A DNA stretch of 64,000 nt from Candidatus Binatia bacterium. Lineage in GTDB: Bacteria; Desulfobacterota; Binatia; UBA9968; JAJDTQ01. The notes below the pieces were generated by a model. That model saw only the letters and a list, made by a program, of their open reading frames with translations. It searched no databases and was not told the DNA's origin. The stretch covers positions 8,719 to 72,718 of the forward strand of contig JAJDXX010000003.1 of NCBI GenBank assembly GCA_022823055.1, written 5' to 3'. Shown piece after piece: positions 9,697-19,086 of this stretch (positions within the stretch are counted from its first letter, which is position 1; each line of letters opens with the position of its first letter). The translations under genes and the position numbers were made by a program.

Positions 9697-10650
9697 CTAC
9701 ACGCTGATGTTCCAGAACTGCTTGACCAGCGTTCCGAGAACGTAGGTGACGCCCACGGCGCCGAACACCAGCAGGAGGTTCTGAAGCACCCGCGGGCGAA
9801 CCTCCATGCCTGACATGACCGACAGGAGCGCGGTCACCAGCACCACCATGGCGCCGCCCACGGCGATGGACCACAACGGGCTGACCGCGCCCAGGAGCAC
9901 CGGGAAGATGGGGAACATGGCGCCCACGAAGTAGGAGATGCCCACGGCGACGGCGGCGGACAGCGGGCGCGTCTCCTCCGGCGGCTTCATCTCGGGGTCG
10001 AAGAAGTTGCGCTTGGCGTTCTCGATGCGCTGGACCTCGCGCTGGGAGCGGGACGAGGCCAGCACGCCCGCGGCCATGGAGATGGAACCCGCCACCGCCA
10101 CCGTGAGGCTCGCCACGGCCACGTAGGCGGGGTGTCCGAACGAGGCATAGAACCCGGCGACGCTGCCGAGCACCTCCACCAAGCCGTCGTTCAGGCCCAG
10201 GAAGATGTCGCGCACGCGTTCCGGGTTCAGGCGTCTTCCGGTGAGCCCGGCGACGATCTCGTCCTCGTGGCCGAACTCGTCGCGCAGGATGCCGCGGATG
10301 CGCGGTCCGTAGGGCGTGTCTTTGTAACGGTCCCACAGCGCCCAGTACTTCTTGACGCCGTAGATCTCGATGGCTTCCAGGATGAGGAAGGTCATGGCCA
10401 CGCCGAAGCAGCGCCGCAAGAGCACGAGAAAACTCAGGCGCAAGCGCTGCACCCGGTCCAGCGAGCTGTCATCGAGGCCGGCGAAATCGGCCCAGAAGGC
10501 GACGTGCCCCCGCTCCACGGTGACGAGGCGGCTCAGGACGTTGTGGACCTCGCCGGTCTCCATCTCACGGAGACGCACATAGAGGGCCATGTCGAAGGCC
10601 TCGTCCCGGGCAACCTTGTGTACCAGCGGATCGTTTCGCGGTTCCGTCAT
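9697..10650 (-). CDS. VIT1/CCC1-family iron/manganese transporter with N-terminal ferritin-like domain
   Basis: ATG 10650 ('MTEPRNDP'). Ferritin-like 'DEAFDMALY..ERGHVAFW..DEFGHEDE', then VIT1 'GLNDGLVEVLGSVAG' and C-terminal TM helices. Confidence 0.85.
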   Translation of the reverse strand: MTEPRNDPLVHKVARDEAFDMALYVRLREMETGEVHNVLSRLVTVERGHVAFWADFAGLDDSSLDRVQRLRLSFLVLLRRCFGVAMTFLILEAIEIYGVKKYWALWDRYKDTPYGPRIRGILRDEFGHEDEIVAGLTGRRLNPERVRDIFLGLNDGLVEVLGSVAGFYASFGHPAYVAVASLTVAVAGSISMAAGVLASSRSQREVQRIENAKRNFFDPEMKPPEETRPLSAAVAVGISYFVGAMFPIFPVLLGAVSPLWSIAVGGAMVVLVTALLSVMSGMEVRPRVLQNLLLVFGAVGVTYVLGTLVKQFWNISV

Positions 10651-11048
10651 GAGGGATGGGCCAGCGCCTTGCGCCGGGCCTCGGCGGGGTCGCAGTCGGA
10701 GCCGCGGTCGCGGGTGATGAGGGAGCGAAGGCTCTCGGTGTGGTCCAGCCACGCCGTTTGCACGGCCGGAGACACGTGGAACTCGTCGAGAGTCTCGCGC
10801 AGGATCTGCAGCCGGCGCGCGAACTGCCCCCCCATAATGGGATGCGGCGCGTGAGCCTGTTCGAGGGGACGGCCTTCGTACTCAATGTCGGCGCCGAGAG
10901 CTCGTGCCGTAAACTGGTACTCCAGCCTCTTGACCCGGTCGCGGTCGGCGTTGCGGAAGAAGAACCCGATCATGAGGTCATCGAAGATCCGGTCCACGAA
11001 GACGTCGATGACCTCGCGCAGGCGCTCCGCGCCGATCTCGTCGAACAA
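10647..11048 (-). CDS. glbN: Group I truncated hemoglobin (trHbN)
   Basis: 'MFDEIGAERLREVIDVFVDRIFDD..IGFFF' and 'QFTARALGAD..YEGRPLEQAHAP' fit a 2-on-2 globin. Stop overlaps the VIT1 start (ATGA). Confidence 0.8.
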   Translation of the reverse strand: MFDEIGAERLREVIDVFVDRIFDDLMIGFFFRNADRDRVKRLEYQFTARALGADIEYEGRPLEQAHAPHPIMGGQFARRLQILRETLDEFHVSPAVQTAWLDHTESLRSLITRDRGSDCDPAEARRKALAHPS

Positions 11049-11082
11049 GGAAGCCGTGGATTTCTCCCCGTTCGGCTACTCG

Positions 11083-11412
11083 CTACTCTTCGGCGGCCGG
11101 GCTGAGCAGCGCGTCCAGTTCCCCCCGCTCGTGCAGTTCGTGGACGATGTCGCAGCCGCCCACGAACTGACCGTCGATGTAGACCTGCGGGATGGTCGGC
11201 CAGTTCGAGTATTGCTTCACGCCCTCCCGGACCGCCGGGTCGGACAGCACGTCGAAGCTCTCGAACTCCGCGTTATGGGCGCGCAGGATCTCCACCGTGT
11301 GGGCGGAGAAGCCGCACTGGGGAAAGTTCGGGGTGCCCTTCATGAAGACCATCACCCGGTTGTTCTTCACCTGCTCTTCGATTCTGCTGAGAACGTCATC
11401 CGCCATCGTCAT
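11083..11412 (-). CDS. grxD: Monothiol glutaredoxin, Grx4 family
   Basis: 'VMVFMKGTPNFPQCGFS' CGFS active site and 'WPTIPQVYIDGQFVGGCDI'. Confidence 0.93.
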   Translation of the reverse strand: MTMADDVLSRIEEQVKNNRVMVFMKGTPNFPQCGFSAHTVEILRAHNAEFESFDVLSDPAVREGVKQYSNWPTIPQVYIDGQFVGGCDIVHELHERGELDALLSPAAEE

Positions 11413-11469
11413 GTACCTTCCTTGTGGGATTTGCTCACCGGAACGGGCCGCCGGCGCACGGGCGGCGCG

Positions 11470-11778
11470 TCAGATCTCGACCTCGATATCGGACCCGGAA
11501 ACGCGCACGTTGAACTTGTCGACGCCCACGTCGGCGGGGGGACCCGAGACTTCGCCGGTGGTGATGTCGAACATGGCTCCGTGCCACGGGCACTGGATCT
11601 CCTTGCCCATGACCTCTCCCTCGGACAACGGCGCGCCGCGATGGGTGCAGATATCGTCGATGGCGTAGAAGGACCCTTCCACATTGAACAGCGCGACCCG
11701 GCGGCCGTTGACCTCCACCAGCTTCGGCTTGCCGGGCTCCACATCCTCGGTGGTCGCGACCTTGACATACTCAGCCAT
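11470..11778 (-). CDS. Rieske [2Fe-2S] ferredoxin (NirD / oxygenase ferredoxin-like)
   Basis: 'CTHRGAPL' .. 'CPWHGAMF' Rieske ligands. ATG 11778 is preceded by GGGAGGAAAC. Confidence 0.88.
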   Translation of the reverse strand: MAEYVKVATTEDVEPGKPKLVEVNGRRVALFNVEGSFYAIDDICTHRGAPLSEGEVMGKEIQCPWHGAMFDITTGEVSGPPADVGVDKFNVRVSGSDIEVEI

Positions 11779-11864
11779 GCGTTTCCTCCCTTCGGATCCT
11801 CCGGTCGGCCGCAAGGTGCGCCGACCCGCCGCCGCCTGCGATCCGATTGACTTGAAGTGAATGG

Positions 11865-11889
11865 ACCGCGGCGAGGACGACGCCGCGGT
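11865..11889 (-). terminator. Hairpin directly after nuoB-like stop
   Basis: On the minus strand ACCGCGGCG-TCGTCCT-CGCCGCGGT forms a perfect 9-bp stem, starting 11 nt after the stop. Confidence 0.5.
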
Positions 11890-11899
11890 GCTTCGCCCC

Positions 11900-12400
11900 T
11901 CAGCGCGCCTCGGCCGCCGCGGACCCCTTGACCAGCCACCGCTCGCGCATGACCTTGTCCTGAATCCGCAAAAGCCCTTCGGTCAGGGCCTCGGGGCGCG
12001 GCGGGCAACCCGGGACGTACACGTCCACCGGCACGATCTTGTCGACGCCCTTGCATACCGAGTAGGCCATCTGGAACAGTCCGCCGCAGTTGGAGCAGCT
12101 TCCCATGGAGATGACGTACTTGGGATCGGGCATCTGGTCGTAGAGCAGCCGGGTGCGCTTGGCCATCTTGTAGGTCAAGGTGCCGGCCACGATCATCAGG
12201 TCCGACTGGCGCGGCGTGGCCCGTGGCACGCACCCGAACCGGTCGAGGTCCGCGCGCGGCCCTCCGGTCTGCATGAGCTCGATGGCGCAACAGGCCAGCC
12301 CGAACAACATGTACCACTGGGACGACGCCCTGCCCCAGTTCAACAGATCGTCCACACGGGTCGTAAAGACCGTCTCGGGGAGACTGTTGGTTATCGGCAT
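11900..12400 (-). CDS. nuoB: NADH-quinone oxidoreductase subunit B-like protein (isolated copy)
   Basis: ATG 12400 preceded by AGGAGG. 'FGLACCAIE', 'SPRQSD-like [15 protein letters not shown]', '[11 protein letters not shown]' and '[11 protein letters not shown]' give the N2 cluster cysteines. Confidence 0.88.
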   Translation of the reverse strand: MPITNSLPETVFTTRVDDLLNWGRASSQWYMLFGLACCAIELMQTGGPRADLDRFGCVPRATPRQSDLMIVAGTLTYKMAKRTRLLYDQMPDPKYVISMGSCSNCGGLFQMAYSVCKGVDKIVPVDVYVPGCPPRPEALTEGLLRIQDKVMRERWLVKGSAAAEAR

Positions 12401-12551
12401 CGAAACCTCCTGAGTGGAAAGGGCCGTCGAAACGCGGTCCCGGAACGTCAGGATAGAACACCCGCGGGCCGCTTTCAAGCCCGTGTCGTGGCACTCCACC
12501 ACGGTTCCGCCGCAATTGCAATCTCCTGCCTGCTCTCCTATGAGTAGATCC

Positions 12552-13427
12552 ATGAGGGTCTGCACGCTGTTGCCGAGCGCCACGGAGGTCGCCTTCGCCC
12601 TGGGGCTGGGGGACGCGGTGGTGGCCGTGAGCCACGAGTGCGACTTTCCGCCCGCGGCGCGCGGGAAGCCCGTGGCGGTACGCGGACGCATCGACTCCGA
12701 GAACGCCACCAGCCGGGAGATCGACGAGGCGGTCAAGCGACACCGGGTCCGGAGCGAGGGGCTCTACAGCCTCGACGTGGAACTGTTGCAGCGTCTCAAT
12801 CCCGACGTCATCCTCACCCAGGGACTGTGCGACGTGTGCGCGGTGGGGTACGACGACGTCATGGCCGCCGCCGGCACGCTGAGACCGCCGGCACGGGTGC
12901 TGTCACTGTCTCCCAACTCCTTGGGCGAGGTGCTGCGTGACATACGCCGGGTGGGCAACGCCACCGGCACCGGCGCGCGGGCCGAAACCCTGACGCGGTC
13001 TCTGGAAGAACGCGTGGAACGGGTGGCCGAGACTGCTCGGGAGCGCGTGTCCAGGCCGCGGGTGGCTTGCCTGGAATGGCTGGATCCGTTGTACAGCGCC
13101 GGCCACTGGGTGCCGGAAATGGTCGAGCTGGCCGGCGGCGAAGACGTGCTGGCGGTGAAGCACAAGCCTTCGGCGAGGGTGTCGCTGGAAGACGTAGTGG
13201 CGGCCGCGCCCGAGGTGCTGGTGCTCATGCCCTGCGGTTTCGACCGGGAGCGGACCCTCAGGGAATGGGAACTGCTCAAGGACCTGCCCGCGTGGCGGGA
13301 AATCCCGGCCGTAGCCCGCGGGCGCGTCTTCGCGGTGGACGGCGCGAAATATTTCAACCGGCCCGGCCCGCGCTTGGTGGACGGCCTGGAGATCCTCGCC
13401 GGGTTCATTCAAGGGGCCGCCGCATAG
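12552..13427 (+). CDS. BtuF/TroA-like (PBP cluster A) cobalamin/iron-chelate binding protein without signal peptide
   Basis: '[32 protein letters not shown]', 'LNPDVILTQ' and '[17 protein letters not shown]'. Alternative ATG at 12540. Confidence 0.78.
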   Translation: MRVCTLLPSATEVAFALGLGDAVVAVSHECDFPPAARGKPVAVRGRIDSENATSREIDEAVKRHRVRSEGLYSLDVELLQRLNPDVILTQGLCDVCAVGYDDVMAAAGTLRPPARVLSLSPNSLGEVLRDIRRVGNATGTGARAETLTRSLEERVERVAETARERVSRPRVACLEWLDPLYSAGHWVPEMVELAGGEDVLAVKHKPSARVSLEDVVAAAPEVLVLMPCGFDRERTLREWELLKDLPAWREIPAVARGRVFAVDGAKYFNRPGPRLVDGLEILAGFIQGAAA

Positions 13428-13442
13428 ACCAGACCTGACGCC

Positions 13443-13847
13443 ATGTTTCCACGACTCCTGCTGCTGTTCACCGTGGTTCCGCTGGTGGAGCTTTATCTGC
13501 TCATCGAGGTGGGCTCCATGATCGGCGGGCTCAACACCATCCTGCTGGTGCTCGGCACCGGAGTGCTGGGAGCGTTCCTTGCCAAGCTGGAGGGGCTGCG
13601 GACGCTGGGGCAGATCCAGCGGAACCTGAGCCAAGGGATCGTCCCGGCCGAGGAGATGATGGACGGGGTCATCATCCTGGTGGCGGGCCTGCTGCTGATC
13701 ACGCCGGGCATCCTCACGGACGTGTTCGGATTCCTCATGCTCATCCCTACCACGCGGAACGCGTTCAAGCGCTGGCTGCGGCGGCGCTTCGACCGTGCCA
13801 CCGCGCGCGTGCGCATCTACACGCAGGGCGGCCCGCGCCCATTCTAA
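13443..13847 (+). CDS. fxsA: FxsA family membrane protein
   Basis: 'LLLLFTVVPLVELYLLIEVGSMIG' and 'GLLLITPGILTDVFGFLMLIP'. Confidence 0.88.
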   Translation: MFPRLLLLFTVVPLVELYLLIEVGSMIGGLNTILLVLGTGVLGAFLAKLEGLRTLGQIQRNLSQGIVPAEEMMDGVIILVAGLLLITPGILTDVFGFLMLIPTTRNAFKRWLRRRFDRATARVRIYTQGGPRPF

Positions 13848-13915
13848 CCTTCCTCTCCCGACAAGGGCACGCGATGCGCACGCACGATCGCCGCTCTCAA
13901 GCGAATTCGTAAGCC

Positions 13916-15295
13916 ATGCGGGCCGACACCGCCACGCCCGCGTCTCCGGCCTCGGACGCCCGGGACCTCCTGCGCCTCGCCGTCCCCGCGTCCCTGGCCA
14001 TCGCCAGCGAGCCGGTACTGAACATCGTCGACACGGCCATGATCGGCCACCTGGGCGTGGAGCCGCTTGCGGCCAAGGCCATCGCCACGAGCCTCATCGG
14101 CGCCGTGAGCTGGATCTTCGCGTTCCTGATCTTCGGCACCACGAGCCTGGTGGCGAGCCAATACGGCTCGCGCAACTACGCGGCCTGTGGCGAGATCTTC
14201 CGCCACGCGCTTGTCGTGGCGGTGGCCGGCGGGACCCTCGTGGCCTCCCTGTGCTTCCTGTTCGCGCCCCAGCTTTACGCGATCATGGGCGCGACGCCGG
14301 GCGTGGCGGACCTCGGGGTCCCCTACTTCCGCATCCGCTGCGCCACCATCCCCATGCTCTTCTCCATCTACGCGGCCGTGGGGTTCCTGCGCGGCGTCCA
14401 GAACACCGTCTCGCCGATGCTCGTCGCGTTCGCCATGAGCGGGACGAACATCGTGCTGGACTACGCGCTGATCTACGGCGGGTTCGGTTTCCCCGCCCTG
14501 GGCCTGCAAGGAGCGGCCGTGGCTTCGGTGGCGGCCCATGGCCTGGGCATCTCCGCTTACGTCCGTCTCCTGTTGTTCTCAGACTACACCGGACCCTACG
14601 AGCTCGACAGCCGGCAACTCCGGCTGCGGCGTTTCCGCAACCTCTCGCGCATCGCCGGGGACCTGGCAGTGCGCACCGCCGGGCTGCGGCTGTCGCTGGT
14701 CTTCGCCACCGCCATCCTTGCGCGCATGGGGCCGGTATACCTCGCGGCCTACGAGATCGTCTTCCAGCTCTTCATCTTCTGCTCCGACACCATCGACGGA
14801 CTGGCCGTGGCCGGGCAGACGCTGGTGGCGCGGCACCTGGGGGCCGGCAACGCCCGGCGCGCGCTGCGCCTGGGGCGGATGCTGGTGGGCTGGGGCTGTG
14901 CCGGCGGCACCGTCTTCGGCGCGGCCTACTTCACTCTCCAGCAACCACTCCTGGCCTTCTTCACGGACGACGCCGCCGTCACGGATCTCGTGCGCACCGA
15001 AGCCTTCCTGCTGCTGGTGGTGTTCCAGCCCCTGAACGGCATCGTATTCGCCCTGGACGGGTTCCTGCTGGGCGCCCACGACACGCGCTTCCTCATGTGG
15101 GCGATGCTCGCGGGCGGCCTGCTCCTGTTCGTGCCCCTCACCGGCCTCGCCTTCCACCTGGAACTGGGCCTGTTCGGCGTATGGGCGGGGTTCAGCCTGT
15201 TCATGGTCCAGCGCGTGACCGCCAACCTGTGGCGCCTGTTCAGCCGGCGGTGGGAGGGAGCGTTCGCCGCGTACCACGCGGGGCGGGGCGGGTGA
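13916..15295 (+). CDS. MATE family efflux transporter (DinF-like)
   Basis: 459 aa, 12 TM. 'LLRLAVPASLAIASEPVLNIVDTAMIGHLG' N-terminal MATE motif. Confidence 0.88.
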   Translation: MRADTATPASPASDARDLLRLAVPASLAIASEPVLNIVDTAMIGHLGVEPLAAKAIATSLIGAVSWIFAFLIFGTTSLVASQYGSRNYAACGEIFRHALVVAVAGGTLVASLCFLFAPQLYAIMGATPGVADLGVPYFRIRCATIPMLFSIYAAVGFLRGVQNTVSPMLVAFAMSGTNIVLDYALIYGGFGFPALGLQGAAVASVAAHGLGISAYVRLLLFSDYTGPYELDSRQLRLRRFRNLSRIAGDLAVRTAGLRLSLVFATAILARMGPVYLAAYEIVFQLFIFCSDTIDGLAVAGQTLVARHLGAGNARRALRLGRMLVGWGCAGGTVFGAAYFTLQQPLLAFFTDDAAVTDLVRTEAFLLLVVFQPLNGIVFALDGFLLGAHDTRFLMWAMLAGGLLLFVPLTGLAFHLELGLFGVWAGFSLFMVQRVTANLWRLFSRRWEGAFAAYHAGRGG

Positions 15296-15340
15296 GCCTG
15301 CTTGGGACGCGAAGTGGCACTGACGACCCGAAACGTCATT

Positions 15341-15405
15341 GATATGAAAATAAAATCCTGTTCAGTGATTTCTGGTAGTTACGGAATCCTGCTACACCCC
15401 AATGA
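15341..15405. other. 65-bp A/T-rich insert flanked by GTCATT direct repeats inside repeat locus A
   Basis: GTCATT at 15335-15340 and 15406-15411. The insert has 25/65 G+C by my count. The flank CCCGAAACGTCATT matches the pre-core flank at loci C and D. Confidence 0.6.
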
Positions 15406-15500
15406 GTCATTCCCGCGGAAGCGGGAATCCAGGGGTGGGGGGTGTGGCGGCCTCATCGCCCGGCCCACCCCGCCTAGATTCCCGCTTTCGCGGGAATGAC
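15406..15500. repeat. Inverted dimer of palindromic core element (locus A)
   Basis: Left arm is GTCATTCCCGCGGAAGCGGGAATCCAGGGGTGGGG. Right arm 15464-15500 is its near reverse complement (..AGATTCCCGCTTTCGCGGGAATGAC). Confidence 0.9.
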
Positions 15501-15516
15501 GATTCGGGTCGTGGGT

Positions 15517-15568
15517 GTCATTCCTTTTCGGAGCGGAGTTTTGACACAGCCTGTTACGCGGGAATGAC
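15517..15568. repeat. Repeat module 2 bounded by GTCATTCC / GGAATGAC inverted termini (locus A)
   Basis: GTCATTCC-TTTTCG-GAGCGGAGTTTTGACACAGCCTGTTACGCGGGAATGAC. 36/38 nt identical to 20559-20596. Confidence 0.85.
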
Positions 15569-15629
15569 GTGATTGGTACGTAGTTGCCTCATCTTGACAC
15601 AGCCCGGCCACTGTTCGCCGCAACTACCT

Positions 15630-16508
15630 TCACCCGTGGTTGTTCAGGAACGGGATCAGCACGGCGGCCAACTCGTCGGGTTTTTCGTGCTGCACGTGAT
15701 GGCCGGCGCCGGGGATTTCCACCAGGGTCTTGTTGGGGAAATGCGCGATCCGGTTGTAGCGCGGCGACTCCCGGTAGCCGGAGTCCGCCCCGAACACCAG
15801 CAGCGTGGGACAGTCGATCCGCTCGATGAATGCCTGTACCTGGGCTTCGGAGAGGGACGAATACGACGGGTTGCGCGCCCGCGGATCGTACTTCCACACC
15901 AGACCGTTCGGGGTCCGGCGGGTGCCGTGGCGCGCCATGTGCATCGCCACCCGGTTGGGGATCAGAGGGAAGCGCCGGCAAACGGCATCGGCGGCCTGCG
16001 CCACCGTGGCATAGTAGGTAAGGATCGTGTCGGAGCCGTCGTCGCGGGTCCAGCGGCCGAAAAGCTCGGGGGTCTCGCGCTCGGTGCGGCCGTAGGGACC
16101 CGCCGACTCGATGATCACGAGCCGCTTGATCTTCTCCGGCAGCGCGCCGGCAAAGACCACCGCCATGCTGCCGCCGAGGGAGTGGGCCACCAGCGTGATC
16201 CGGTCCTTGCTGAGGTGGCGCAAGAGGCCCACCACGTCCAGCACGAAGTCCTCATGCCGGTAGCCGCGCTCCTGGCCGACCCAGCCGCTGTCGCCGTGGC
16301 CGCGCAGGTCCAGGGCCACCATGTGGGGCAGGCTGAAGCCTGCCTTGTCGAAGGACTCCAACAGGAAGTCCCAGGTGTGGCAGTGGTCCCGGTTCCCATG
16401 GACGAAGACGAACGTCTCCTGCTCCGGGTCGCCTGCCTCCAGGTAGTGCACCCGGGTCCCGTCGATCTCGAAGGTCCCGTCGCGAAATTCCGATCGCAAC
16501 TCCGTCAC
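15630..16508 (-). CDS. Alpha/beta hydrolase fold protein
   Basis: 'FVFVHGNRDHCHTW', nucleophile elbow 'VAHSLGG', C-terminal 'GAGHHVQHEKP'. Confidence 0.85.
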   Translation of the reverse strand: MTELRSEFRDGTFEIDGTRVHYLEAGDPEQETFVFVHGNRDHCHTWDFLLESFDKAGFSLPHMVALDLRGHGDSGWVGQERGYRHEDFVLDVVGLLRHLSKDRITLVAHSLGGSMAVVFAGALPEKIKRLVIIESAGPYGRTERETPELFGRWTRDDGSDTILTYYATVAQAADAVCRRFPLIPNRVAMHMARHGTRRTPNGLVWKYDPRARNPSYSSLSEAQVQAFIERIDCPTLLVFGADSGYRESPRYNRIAHFPNKTLVEIPGAGHHVQHEKPDELAAVLIPFLNNHG

Positions 16509-16544
16509 CTCTTGCTCTCCGCAATATCCGCCGCCAAGCTCGCC

Positions 16545-18161
<1,617 letters not shown>

Positions 18162-18238
18162 TTCTCCCGGAAAAGGACGATCGAAACGTACAAGTAGCGC
18201 GAACCCCCGGCATTGTCAAAAACGGCCGCGGCGCGTTG

Positions 18239-18267
18239 TTGACACCGTTTCGGCCCGCGGCTATCCT
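18239..18267 (+). promoter_or_regulatory. Sigma70-like promoter candidate for the isochorismatase-family gene
   Basis: TTGACA (18239-18244) - 17 nt - TATCCT (18262-18267). A mirrored TTGACA on the minus strand at 18213-18218 could serve zwf. Confidence 0.4.
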
Positions 18268-18327
18268 CTGCCACGATCCTCTTCCGGTGCTCCCGCTGTA
18301 CTTCTCGACGTTCGCGAAAAGAGAGCC

Positions 18328-18978
18328 ATGATCGAATTCGAAGGCAGAACCATCCCCATCACCCTGGCCGAGGTGGCCGATCCGCGAAGGACGGTCCTGC
18401 TGGTCTGGGACATGCAGAACGACCAAGCCGGCAGCTCGTTCAACAAGGACGAGTTCCTGCGCGCCACGCCGCCGCTCATCGCCGCGGCCAAGAGCGCCGG
18501 CGTGCCCGTAGTCTACGCCTTCGCCACCCCCTATGCGTGGCGCGACGAGGCGCCCGCCATGATCCGCCGCGCCATGAAGGACCAGGGCGTCGGCCATCCG
18601 AGCGAGCTTGCGCCTCGGCGCACCCGCGGCAGCTTCGGCTGGCAGCTCATCGAGCCCTTCCGGCCCGACGACGATGACATCCGTATCGAGAAGCGCCGCC
18701 CCACCATCTTCCTCGGCACCGAGTTCGAGCAGTTGCTGGGCAACTGGAACAGGGGCACGGTCGTGGTCGTCGGCTGCCGCACGGACTCGGGCGTGGAGGG
18801 CAGCGTCCGGGACGGCTTCTACCGCGGCCTGTCCATGATCGTGGCGCGCGACTGCGTCGGCACGAACCGCGAGAACGCGCACCACGAAGCGCTCAAGCGC
18901 ATGGAACGCTTCGCCGACGTGGTGGATTCCGCTGAACTGATCGCGATATGGAGCGCCGGCGCTGGCGCCGCGGGTTGA
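18328..18978 (+). CDS. Isochorismatase-family cysteine hydrolase
   Basis: 'TVLLVWDMQNDQ' (Asp), 'IEKRRPT' (Lys), 'VVVVGCRTDSGVE' (Cys). Confidence 0.85.
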   Translation: MIEFEGRTIPITLAEVADPRRTVLLVWDMQNDQAGSSFNKDEFLRATPPLIAAAKSAGVPVVYAFATPYAWRDEAPAMIRRAMKDQGVGHPSELAPRRTRGSFGWQLIEPFRPDDDDIRIEKRRPTIFLGTEFEQLLGNWNRGTVVVVGCRTDSGVEGSVRDGFYRGLSMIVARDCVGTNRENAHHEALKRMERFADVVDSAELIAIWSAGAGAAG

Positions 18979-19086
18979 GGCGGTGTCGGTTTGCGCTTCG
19001 CCGATCCGATCAGCGCATTGAAACGCTTACGGCGACTGTCCCGTGCGATGGGCACTTCTTCGCGGGAAAGAGGCGGGTTGAACCGC

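Noticed and set aside
12401-12551. Possible cobalamin riboswitch upstream of the BtuF-like gene. Fragments such as GGAAAGGG, AAGCCCG and CCGCAATTGCAA are vaguely reminiscent.
   Set aside because: The region is only ~150 nt and must also hold the divergent nuoB promoter. The B12-box consensus (AGYCMGgAgaCCkGCc as I recall it) does not align. A covariance-model scan would be needed to revive the idea.
15302-15499. Short ORFs reading through the repeat elements: 15302..15499 (+), 20431..20706 (-), 53033..53326 (-) and 53081..53317 (+). They give peptides such as SFPRKRESR and HSRGSGNPGG.
   Set aside because: Their 'conservation' comes from the DNA repeat itself, in both orientations and several frames. 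There are no RBSs and no coding-type codon bias.
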